A DNA stretch of 49,116 nt from a virus (Duplodnaviria; Caudoviricetes). The stretch lies in IMG/VR virus record IMGVR_UViG_3300005805_000129, positions 1-49,116 of that record. One strand, written 5' to 3'. The translations under genes and the position numbers were made by a program. The notes beneath the pieces were generated by a model. The model was not told the origin of the DNA. It saw nothing but the letters and a program-made list of their open reading frames with translations, and made no database searches. Positions 27,367 through 35,462 of the stretch are shown piece by piece (position 1 is the stretch's first letter; the number at the start of each line of letters is the position of its first letter).

Positions 27367-27768
27367 ATGGAAACAAAATATAAACATTACAATCATGCAA
27401 TAGGACTGGCTACAGTACATTTGGTATGGATACCGTGCAGACGGAAGCGAGTGTTTGCGAGAAATGAAGCGTTAAAGCTCCGATGTGTTGAGATATTGCA
27501 GTCGGTCGCCAGTGACAAGAAGTGGTTTATCAAGGCTTTGGAGGTTGCTTCTGACCATATCCATTTATTGGTTGAGTACGATCCTCATCACTCAATTGCT
27601 CAAGTGGTCAAGGCTTTCAAGGGTAGAACTTCTAGGTTTTTAAGGCTTGAGTTTCCTGAATTATTGGTACTGCCTAGCCTATGGACTCATTCTTATATGT
27701 TTGATACCACTGGAAAAGTCAGTACTCAAAAAGTTTTGGAGTATATCAATGATCCGCATCATGGCTAG
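27367..27768 (+). CDS. tnpA: IS200-family HUH/Y1 transposase
   Basis: HLVWIP.RRK, DHIHLL (HUH), FKGRTSR, LWT.SY, EYI. Confidence 0.95.
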   Translation: METKYKHYNHAIGLATVHLVWIPCRRKRVFARNEALKLRCVEILQSVASDKKWFIKALEVASDHIHLLVEYDPHHSIAQVVKAFKGRTSRFLRLEFPELLVLPSLWTHSYMFDTTGKVSTQKVLEYINDPHHG

Positions 27769-27971
27769 ATAAATCTAGCTCTTTCGCTTGTATCCCCCGC
27801 TTGAAAGACGGGGGCTTTACTCTTCACCCTCGTAAAACGGAGAATGTATGACTATGAAGCAAAAGATATTTTTTATATTTGTTATAGAAAAGGCGATCGC
27901 ACCATGATTAGAGAGTCCGATATCACGTCGGGTAGCCACCAAGCTTCCTAATTCCGCAATAATCGAACATC

Positions 27972-28011
27972 AAAAAAGCGATCGCACATTAAATAAAGCG
28001 ATCGCCTTTTT
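27972..28011. terminator. Hairpin built from two HIP1 sites with A/T tails
   Basis: aaaaaagcgatcgc ... gcgatcgccttttt. Confidence 0.5.
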
Positions 28012-28020
28012 GATGCGCCA

Positions 28021-29472
28021 ATGATTTCGCTTTTACAATTTGATGGATTCGCGATCGCGCCAGATGGTATTCAGTTTGGCGAGGCGGAGTCTAGGGAATT
28101 CACCAAGCAGGACGGGGTTGCGCTCCAAAAATTCAAAGCCTATCGCCCAAACATCGGGATAACCATTACTGGGGTCTCAGATGCCGATGTGCTTTACTAT
28201 CAGTCCGCAGTAGAAGCGGGATCTGATTTTCGTGACAGCATTTCTTACGGTGGTCGCAGTTTGTCGGGATGTCGCCTCGTTTCCGCAGAAGTAACGGGTA
28301 TTTTGCAGGTAGGCGAAGTTCAAATAGTTGAGACTTTAAGACTGCTCTACGAAAGCAATACTTGGACGCACGGCGTAGCCTTCGACTACTTTAAAGGCTA
28401 TACGGTCGAGCTAGATGGGGTTCAGTTTGGTGACGGCGATTCGATTAGTGTTCAGTACGCCGATGCGGGCATAGTTCGCACTGCCGTAGTTAAGCGCCGC
28501 AAGGTGGCGATTACCCTGAAAGGTACTTCACCAGCCGATTATCAGAAATTTTTAAACCTACTGAACACCGACCTGCTTGCACCACCGACTGAAGACATTA
28601 CTATTGGCGGTATTACTTTAAGTAATGCAGTACTGACAGCAGTAACGCCAACCGCTTCAATCACGACAGGGTTGGGTAAAATTAGTGACTCTCTGGTACT
28701 AGAATATGAGACTCGAAATTATGATGTCCCGTTCTCTCAGGGGACTTTCGATGGCTACCCGATCGCGAATATCAATGTTGGCGCTGATACAAAGATATTT
28801 GTAATCAACCAAGCAGGGTCAGGTCGTCGCGAGGTTCCAACCTTTAAGCGGCGGATATCCTTTTCGGTAATTGGCACACCCGCAGAGTATGCGGTTAACT
28901 ATATCCATAAGGTTGAAAATGTTACTGACGCTCTTAATCCCGCCACCATCTCGTTAACTGTTGCTGGCTACACAATACCCTCGGCAATTCTCACCAATGT
29001 CATTCCCTCAGAAACCGTAACCGTAAGCGGGCGGGAAATACGCGCATCAACCCAACTCGAATTTATTAGCAAATACTGGTCTTACGATCAAACGGGTGCG
29101 GGCGCAGCAAATTTCTTTGATGGTTATGAAGTTGATTCAATCTCTTTTCCCGATGCCGACAACTCACAGATCTTGCTTAATCGCAATGGAGTGCAAACAC
29201 AGGTAGCTCTCGCTCGTCAATCGGTGACATTGGGATTATCAGGGGTTAAGGCGAGTGACGTGATTGCATGGCGATCGCTAGCTAACGCATCTCGTACTGC
29301 CCTATCAAAAGGGTCTACTCCCGCGCTAAGATCTATCAGCTTGCTCGGCGCAACATTAAACAACTGCTACCTGATTGGTGTTACGCCGTCAGGCAAGGAG
29401 TATTTTATTGGCGCGGAGAAGTTAATCGAGTCAATGACTTTGGTTTACGAATCACTTGACTGGAATTACTGA
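28021..29472 (+). CDS. Tail protein made of four tandem tail-tube-like (~120 aa) domains; Dit/tube-initiator candidate
   Basis: Four repeats, each with F[DK]G[FY]..(R/K)R.i.it..G..i...G.tL....L..V.P....L.[YF]E. The same pattern occurs in 39279-39677. It is the first structural gene after the TMP. Confidence 0.65.
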   Translation: MISLLQFDGFAIAPDGIQFGEAESREFTKQDGVALQKFKAYRPNIGITITGVSDADVLYYQSAVEAGSDFRDSISYGGRSLSGCRLVSAEVTGILQVGEVQIVETLRLLYESNTWTHGVAFDYFKGYTVELDGVQFGDGDSISVQYADAGIVRTAVVKRRKVAITLKGTSPADYQKFLNLLNTDLLAPPTEDITIGGITLSNAVLTAVTPTASITTGLGKISDSLVLEYETRNYDVPFSQGTFDGYPIANINVGADTKIFVINQAGSGRREVPTFKRRISFSVIGTPAEYAVNYIHKVENVTDALNPATISLTVAGYTIPSAILTNVIPSETVTVSGREIRASTQLEFISKYWSYDQTGAGAANFFDGYEVDSISFPDADNSQILLNRNGVQTQVALARQSVTLGLSGVKASDVIAWRSLANASRTALSKGSTPALRSISLLGATLNNCYLIGVTPSGKEYFIGAEKLIESMTLVYESLDWNY

Positions 29473-29486
29473 CACAAAACCAAAAC

Positions 29487-29534
29487 AAAAGTAAAGGGGT
29501 TGAACCAGAAAACCAGTTCAACCCCTTTACTTTT
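29487..29534. terminator. Strong terminator, 19-bp perfect arms
   Basis: aaaagtaaaggggttgaac / gttcaacccctttactttt. Confidence 0.85.
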
Positions 29535-29554
29535 ATTTCTTGGAAAGCTAGAAT
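29526..29554 (+). promoter_or_regulatory. Sigma70-like promoter TTTACT-N17-TAGAAT
   Basis: -35 at 29526-29531 and -10 at 29549-29554. The predicted start (~29561) coincides with the first base of the first stem of the structured region. Confidence 0.6.
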
Positions 29555-29560
29555 CGATTT

Positions 29561-30045
29561 ACCACAATAAAAACTACCATCCAAGTAAAATCCTTATGTA
29601 TTAGATATTAGCAGCTAAAAGTATAGTTTTGCAAGTATCGGCATAAAGATTTTACTTGGTTTGTGGTCAGCGCAGGATATTGGGTAGCTGTACTCCTGTA
29701 AGGCGAAACTTGCGATGACTCAGTGCAGAGCTGTTTTAAGCTTTACCCCGTGTTGAAAGAGCCTAGCAAAGCTCTTACTGAACTAGACACGGAGGCAATA
29801 TGTCGGTGGTGTCCGAATAGCGATCGGAGAGATGAGCGCAGTTAGTAGAGCCTGAAAGCAGCCACCCGCAAAACGAAGTTCACCCAGTAACAGCAGTTAC
29901 AGTGCAATGGGTTGATATATCTACTTAGGCGATTAAGTGAAAGGCTTAAAAATTGTTGAGTATTGTAATTACTCAGCTAAGGACTCTTCATGCTCAAATC
30001 TAGTGCAGTCATGAAATTCCGATCTGAATCAATACTCAATTAGAC
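29561..30045 (+). ncRNA. Candidate large structured non-coding RNA (~490 nt)
   Basis: No ORF of 60 aa or more. At least 12 nested stems are visible, several with G-U pairs on the + strand. It has its own promoter and an upstream terminator. Confidence 0.7.
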
Positions 30046-30056
30046 AAGATTCTAAG

Positions 30057-30908
30057 ATGTTTAAACTCGCTTCCAATGATTTGCCTACTACCGCACTACC
30101 TAGTCCATCTCAAACCAGCGCTAGTGTTATGAGGTTGTGGCAAGGCTCATCGCGTAGCATGGCTCCGATCGCTAGTTGTGACTACACAGTACTTTATGCC
30201 AACGCGATCGGATTGCAGCCCATCGTTTACCATGCAGCCAACCCTATTTATTCTGGACTTCACTACCGACACACATTCCCTTTCAATGTTGAAGCGGTAT
30301 CGGTAACAGGCTCAAACGAGGTTGAGCCAAGACTCGCTGTACCCAATTCGTTTTGGTTTAATGTTGATTCCAACACTGTACACATGTATGAAGGCAGTAA
30401 AGCAGTCAGTATCTCAGTAGATATGGCAGTGTCTGCTACCGCGATCGCTACTGGCAGTACAAACGTATATCGTATCGACACCTCGACATGGGGCACATTT
30501 ACCAGTCCCAGCCCCGTTGCCGTAGACGGTATTTTGTTTTTGTACTCGCCAACTCTCGGCGTAACAGGAACCTATGGTATTGATACCGATGCAATCTTTG
30601 TCTATCCAACAGCCCCGTTTCCCACTGGTGCGGCAATGCTGCATTTACGTCAAGATTTAGCATTGGAACCTGTCGCAGCGATCGCTACCTACGAACTGCC
30701 AGAATTTACACTCGTTTCCGACTTTGCGGGGCGCACTTATTTGAGAGCTTTAAACTTGCGATCGCCCGAAGTCTATGAATTTTTATCCGATGACGAAAAG
30801 TATGTGACGCTATACATGCCAATGACATTGTTTGCGGGATCTCAGGTTGAACAGCCAGCGCCTGTAAATGGCAGGCAGACGGTTAGCAGCATTACTTACA
30901 ATGCGTAA
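30057..30908 (+). CDS. Putative tail/virion structural protein
   Basis: Beta-rich 283-aa ORF in the tail module. Confidence 0.6.
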   Translation: MFKLASNDLPTTALPSPSQTSASVMRLWQGSSRSMAPIASCDYTVLYANAIGLQPIVYHAANPIYSGLHYRHTFPFNVEAVSVTGSNEVEPRLAVPNSFWFNVDSNTVHMYEGSKAVSISVDMAVSATAIATGSTNVYRIDTSTWGTFTSPSPVAVDGILFLYSPTLGVTGTYGIDTDAIFVYPTAPFPTGAAMLHLRQDLALEPVAAIATYELPEFTLVSDFAGRTYLRALNLRSPEVYEFLSDDEKYVTLYMPMTLFAGSQVEQPAPVNGRQTVSSITYNA

Positions 30909-31112
30909 TCACCAAGGCTTCTTTAAATAGCCAATCACACCAACAACCTCGCGCCTTTGGACTTTGACCCCAAAACAGCGATCGCCAAAACAAATATACC
31001 GCAAACAAACATCTCGGAATATGCAAGCCTATAGGGAAGATTTTGGGGTCATTAATGCAGCGATCTCTGTCAAATAAATTGATGTCGAGACTTTTGGCGG
31101 TGGAACTAAATA

Positions 31113-33572
31113 ATGTCTGCGATTACTCAGCAACTTACCAGCTATCCAAACCTTCCCTACCCGCTACAAGTAGGTAATTTGCAGTGGACGGACAAGCTCG
31201 AAGATTATCCATCTGGGACGATCACTTACAAGGGATGTACATTAGATCTCGCTAACGATATTACTACTAAATACCCCAACCTAACACCGATTACTATTGA
31301 GGGAATCGGCTTCGTGGTGATGCCTAGTGGTGTGTCGGTTAAGCGATCTCGCTATGGTCGCGGCGATATCGAAACCTATGAGGTCGTAATTAATCTTGAC
31401 TCGAAATGGAAAGCCAAATGTCAGCGCAAGTTTAGTGTCAGTCCATTCGTGCAACCCGATAATTTTTCGCGGTTTCGATATGCCACTGGGGTGAATGTTG
31501 CGGCGATCACGTCGTTCCTTGGCATCAACTATGTTGGACCTGCAATATTCTTCTCTCCAGACAATCTTGAAACAACATTCGAGGAAATCCTAAAAACTAA
31601 TTGCCGCAGATTAGGGTGCTTTGTACGGTTTTCGGATGTTGATGCGGTGAAGATGATTGCGATCAACAATATAGGTAGTTGGGCATTCCCCGACAATCTC
31701 GTAATTGACGACGGCAGCAGAAAACGGAATCCTGTATTACCAATCATTGACAATGTTGCTATCACGGGCAAGTTCTCTAAAGACCCCTTCGATCAGGAAG
31801 ATAAGTTATTACTCCCGATCAACCCGCAGACCGAAATAGTAATTCAAAATGGTGGCGGGGATACGGGAGATGACGCTAGTACTTTAAGTTATTTAGAGGC
31901 AAGTGGGAGGTTAGCGTCTCTAGACATGAACTTTGATGTATCTGGCCCTAAAAAAGTTTACACTCGCACCGAAATTGTTGATGGGGTTGTGCAGAGTGAG
32001 TTGACTCGCATCTACGGCTATAAATTTAGGGCGGTTGACGTTGCCGAGTTTCAAACCATTGAGGGGAAGAGAACTGTTTTGCGTTTAAACGGCTCTCCTA
32101 GTTTATGGTGGACTCAGGTAGAGGAGCAGGAAGTAACTTATGAGTACTCTTCAATTCTTAGCTACTTTAATGTTTATGCGACCTCTACGGGGCGGGTCGT
32201 CCCGATCTACATCAACCCCGACTCAGCAAATATTTTAAGGGGTAACGGATATCAAACGATCCTCGATAATGCCAAGTACTTGGTGGGTACAACGACTCGG
32301 GGTTGGAAATACGTCAGACTACAAAAAGAGACTGAGGGAAAATACGAGTCAATACACAGTACTCCACCTGCGGTTTCCGCAAACCTCTACAACACTTTTC
32401 GCTATGCGGCTGAGCTATGCGACTGGAAGAAGATCCCTGTTAACGGTAAGTCTGGATTTCAGATAGCCCCCCTGCGATCACTATACCCTGCGTCTACCCC
32501 CACGCCTTTCCAAGTTGAAGTTCAGAAGTATACCGACATTCCTCAAGATATTGCTTCTAGGGGGAATATTCCTCCTAGATATATCACTCAGAATGGGATA
32601 GCCGTAATAGATCCTGAATATGTTATTGGTATTGTTACAGCAAACCCAACGGACTCTGAGCCGTTTTGGATTAAGTCCGAGAGCAGTTTTAAAAGTTGTT
32701 TTGCTTACGCCAAAAGCCCTGCCTTTAACCCGTACCTGCCAACTGTAACGAGGAAGGCTGGAGATAATCGCCCTGAGTTTATTTTTGCTGGGGAAGAGTC
32801 TTACACGAGTGTGATCCGTAAGGTTTTTGACTACGACTCAAGTAAGCCTCGCACTTTTAGTACAGGAGCTTCTCCATTGGCTAGGGACAAGGCTGAGAAA
32901 TTCGAGGAATTAACAACAAACGATACTGCCCAAGGTCGGTCGTTTTTGGACGCAGCTCAGGACGCGGTTAAAGAAGTTAAAAGAGGTAAACCTCCAACGG
33001 CTCAGGTAATGCTCAAGAGGTGGGGAACAGCCAAGGAAAAGGCAAGGATTGAAGCAAGAGCGGACTACAGTGCTTACACCTATAACAAGTACTACGCTTC
33101 GTCAGATTTGATTGGGGCATATCCCGCCGATATCGTCCTGAAATACACCGATAACAGCGAGTTGAATCTGCCCTATGCCAATACTGTTGCCGAGGCAAAA
33201 ACCACACTAGAAACCGATTTGCGAATGGTTGCAATGCAGAACGTGATCGCATCGAAAAAGCTTGCATGGTATTATCCGTCGCTAAAGTCAGGCGATCGCG
33301 TCACATTTAGTAGTGGACAGCTAAGAATCTCTGGTGTCTCCCAATCCCTTGAATATCGGGGCTTGCAAAACGGCTCATTGGTTGTCGTCTCCGAGGGGAC
33401 GCAGGTAGAATGTGGCTACGATCAAGCACGAACCGTTAACATCTCGCAATCAACCTATAGTCGGAATAGTGATGGCGCGATCGCTCCCAATGTGCGAATA
33501 TCAAGCTTTGACACAAGTTTGCGTGGTAATTTTGTCTACAATGAATCACAACGCAGGAGTTTTAGGTCGTGA
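31113..33572 (+). CDS. Putative baseplate hub / tail-tip protein
   Basis: 819 aa. C-terminal YPSLKSGDRVTF..LRISGVSQSLEY resembles hub (gp27/Tal-like) ends. Synteny supports the call. Confidence 0.6.
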   Translation: MSAITQQLTSYPNLPYPLQVGNLQWTDKLEDYPSGTITYKGCTLDLANDITTKYPNLTPITIEGIGFVVMPSGVSVKRSRYGRGDIETYEVVINLDSKWKAKCQRKFSVSPFVQPDNFSRFRYATGVNVAAITSFLGINYVGPAIFFSPDNLETTFEEILKTNCRRLGCFVRFSDVDAVKMIAINNIGSWAFPDNLVIDDGSRKRNPVLPIIDNVAITGKFSKDPFDQEDKLLLPINPQTEIVIQNGGGDTGDDASTLSYLEASGRLASLDMNFDVSGPKKVYTRTEIVDGVVQSELTRIYGYKFRAVDVAEFQTIEGKRTVLRLNGSPSLWWTQVEEQEVTYEYSSILSYFNVYATSTGRVVPIYINPDSANILRGNGYQTILDNAKYLVGTTTRGWKYVRLQKETEGKYESIHSTPPAVSANLYNTFRYAAELCDWKKIPVNGKSGFQIAPLRSLYPASTPTPFQVEVQKYTDIPQDIASRGNIPPRYITQNGIAVIDPEYVIGIVTANPTDSEPFWIKSESSFKSCFAYAKSPAFNPYLPTVTRKAGDNRPEFIFAGEESYTSVIRKVFDYDSSKPRTFSTGASPLARDKAEKFEELTTNDTAQGRSFLDAAQDAVKEVKRGKPPTAQVMLKRWGTAKEKARIEARADYSAYTYNKYYASSDLIGAYPADIVLKYTDNSELNLPYANTVAEAKTTLETDLRMVAMQNVIASKKLAWYYPSLKSGDRVTFSSGQLRISGVSQSLEYRGLQNGSLVVVSEGTQVECGYDQARTVNISQSTYSRNSDGAIAPNVRISSFDTSLRGNFVYNESQRRSFRS

Positions 33573-33745
33573 GCATTTCTGAAGATGTAATTGTTGCTAA
33601 GTTTACCGAGTTGATTAAGAATGCGACTCCTTCGATTGTTTCAACCCAATCAGGGTTGGAGATCTCTCAAAACGGGAAGATCTTTGAAATCCCTTTTAAT
33701 ATTCAGGCTATCAGTATCTCCAAATCAACCTTGACAAAATCGTGA
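33569..33745 (+). CDS. 58-aa protein missed by the ORF track
   Basis: GTGA overlaps with both neighbouring genes (translational coupling). MSISEDVIVAKFTELIKNATP.. Confidence 0.65.
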   Translation: MSISEDVIVAKFTELIKNATPSIVSTQSGLEISQNGKIFEIPFNIQAISISKSTLTKS

Positions 33746-35388
33746 CTCCCGAAGAAAGATTAATTGCGGCACTAAAGACTCAAAAAAAGATTGTCTTTGG
33801 CAATACCATTGGTGTTGACGGGAATGGTGAATGCACCGTCGTTGGAGAGGATGCGACGGTAAGAGCGATCGCAGGCACACCCATTTCCGCAGGTAGTTGC
33901 GTTGCGCTGCAAACAGATGATGGACAGTGGTACGCAGTGTCGGCGCGAGAGTCTGGCACTGTTCAGAAGAGAACCCTGTATAAACGCAAAAATAAGCCAC
34001 CAGCATCGGACGAAGAAGGCGGACCAGTTAAGATACTCTATATCAAGGAAAGCGTATTTTATGTTGGAGGCGATCGCTCGGAACCGACTGAGGTTTATCG
34101 ACTACCAAGCAATTACGAGCTTTTTGGACTTGTTTCAATCAACAACTTGGGGACAGGATTAAACGATTGGATTGTCAATATCAGACTAAAGAAAGCCGAC
34201 AAAATAACTTTGATTTCTGTAACGTCAGAGACGGAGAATCGCGTTGAAGATATTGATATTCCCAAAGTGTACGGAGGGTTTGGCGGTACAGACCCCAGCT
34301 ACCCAGATAGCAATAAGGGATTTTCCCCCGATCTATTCCAGTTACCATTCTTTCGGTGTTTTCAGAACGGGTTTTACACTGCTTTTGGTCACGCATTAAA
34401 GCGTCGGAACAATAGTCTGGGGTTTTTAGAAGCGGTTCAGATTAAGTATGTAACCTATTACGGCAACACACTTACATCTACAGCAGGAAATCTGGATTAT
34501 TCGGATACTCAAACAATAGGGATTCAGTCTGCATCATTTTCTCTTAGTGCTATTAGTCCTATTGTTGGTGATTCAATCACAGTTACTATCACCACCTACG
34601 CGATCGCTCCTGATGGAACTTTAGAGACTACTCCTCACTCTTGTACTTACACTATTACTAGTGATGATCGCTCTGAGATCGCTGTTGCGACGGAACTGGT
34701 TGAAGTTTTAAGTTCAGTATTTAGTTTCACCCTTCCCGACTTTGGCTTCTATGCAGACACCAATACAAGTCCATCACGGATTGTTATTAGAGGTACTTAC
34801 ACTAGCGATCAGTTTACTTTTACCACGTTTTCAGATAGCCCGCGAATAATACTAGGGGATAACACCGAAATTAGTCCCGCGATAAAGCCCGTAGATCAAT
34901 CAATCCGAACCTTTTATGCCGAAGATCAAAACCAGACGGTTAAAGTGGTTTTTGGGTACAACTCTCTTGAAGACGGCTATTATGTCGGCACAGATCTCGA
35001 ATACACGATCGCGATCGGAGCAAAACAGGAATCTGTGATCTTTATCAAAAAGATCGGCGACCAGCACAAAACCTTGCTGATCGAGGGTAACAATATAAGG
35101 GAGTTCCCCAGAGCGAAGTTTAAGAATCCGCTTGACTCCGACAATGATTTAACCGACATATTGAAATACTTTCGACCAAATCTTGTGGGACAGACACTTT
35201 TTAATGTGCCATTGCAAGCGTTGACTAAACAAGATCCAAAAACAGAGCAGCAAATACCAATCGACTCCCTTGACGTGTTTATTACCGACCTATCAAGGAG
35301 CGATCCTAAAACCACGAAGCAGACAGTTTCTATAACTCAACCCGATACTAGTTATGTTGCGCTTGATGTGAGCGCCTATATTGCTTAG
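33742..35388 (+). CDS. Putative tail-tip / spike-associated protein
   Basis: N-terminal OB-like beta domain (GECTVVG..VRAIAGTPISAGSCVAL) and position in the tail module. Confidence 0.55.
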   Translation: MTPEERLIAALKTQKKIVFGNTIGVDGNGECTVVGEDATVRAIAGTPISAGSCVALQTDDGQWYAVSARESGTVQKRTLYKRKNKPPASDEEGGPVKILYIKESVFYVGGDRSEPTEVYRLPSNYELFGLVSINNLGTGLNDWIVNIRLKKADKITLISVTSETENRVEDIDIPKVYGGFGGTDPSYPDSNKGFSPDLFQLPFFRCFQNGFYTAFGHALKRRNNSLGFLEAVQIKYVTYYGNTLTSTAGNLDYSDTQTIGIQSASFSLSAISPIVGDSITVTITTYAIAPDGTLETTPHSCTYTITSDDRSEIAVATELVEVLSSVFSFTLPDFGFYADTNTSPSRIVIRGTYTSDQFTFTTFSDSPRIILGDNTEISPAIKPVDQSIRTFYAEDQNQTVKVVFGYNSLEDGYYVGTDLEYTIAIGAKQESVIFIKKIGDQHKTLLIEGNNIREFPRAKFKNPLDSDNDLTDILKYFRPNLVGQTLFNVPLQALTKQDPKTEQQIPIDSLDVFITDLSRSDPKTTKQTVSITQPDTSYVALDVSAYIA

Positions 35389-35462
35389 CGATCGCCAAAA
35401 AAGCTACTCCTCGAAACTCAAAAACAACCTGTGGAAGCGTAAAGAAAAAGTATTTATCTTTT

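Larger units (their letters stand above)
26149..27831 (-). mobile_element. IS200/IS605-family insertion sequence (divergent tnpA/tnpB)
   Basis: Minus-strand right end GAAT-cccccgttttctaaacggggg..TCAA. Left end AAAG-cccccgtctttcaagcggggg downstream of TTAC. These match IS608-type guide and cleavage motifs. No HIP1 site seen inside. The left boundary is uncertain by 1-2 nt. Confidence 0.9.

Noticed and set aside
27317-27400. Extended N-terminus of TnpB given by the ORF track
   Set aside because: It overlaps tnpA and the divergent promoter region. The family start MKTYRF is at 27316.
29848-29866. gagcctgaaagcagccacc resembles the L11-binding region of 23S rRNA
   Set aside because: The match is short and the flanks show no rRNA similarity.
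29561-30045. Group I or group II intron, tmRNA, RNase P or tRNA identity for the structured region
   Set aside because: No GUGYG start or domain V, no clear P7 R/S elements, no GAGGAAAGUCC, no tRNA cloverleaf or CCA end, and it does not interrupt a reading frame.
29549-30054. 5'-3' closing helix tagaatc/gattcta for the ncRNA
   Set aside because: The 5' strand is the predicted -10 box and would not be transcribed from that promoter. A 7-bp match may be chance.
30868-31077. Possible small gene with an internal TAG (MAGRRLAALL..FFK*PITP..)
   Set aside because: No recognisable homology and no other sign of stop-codon reassignment; other genes end in TAG normally.
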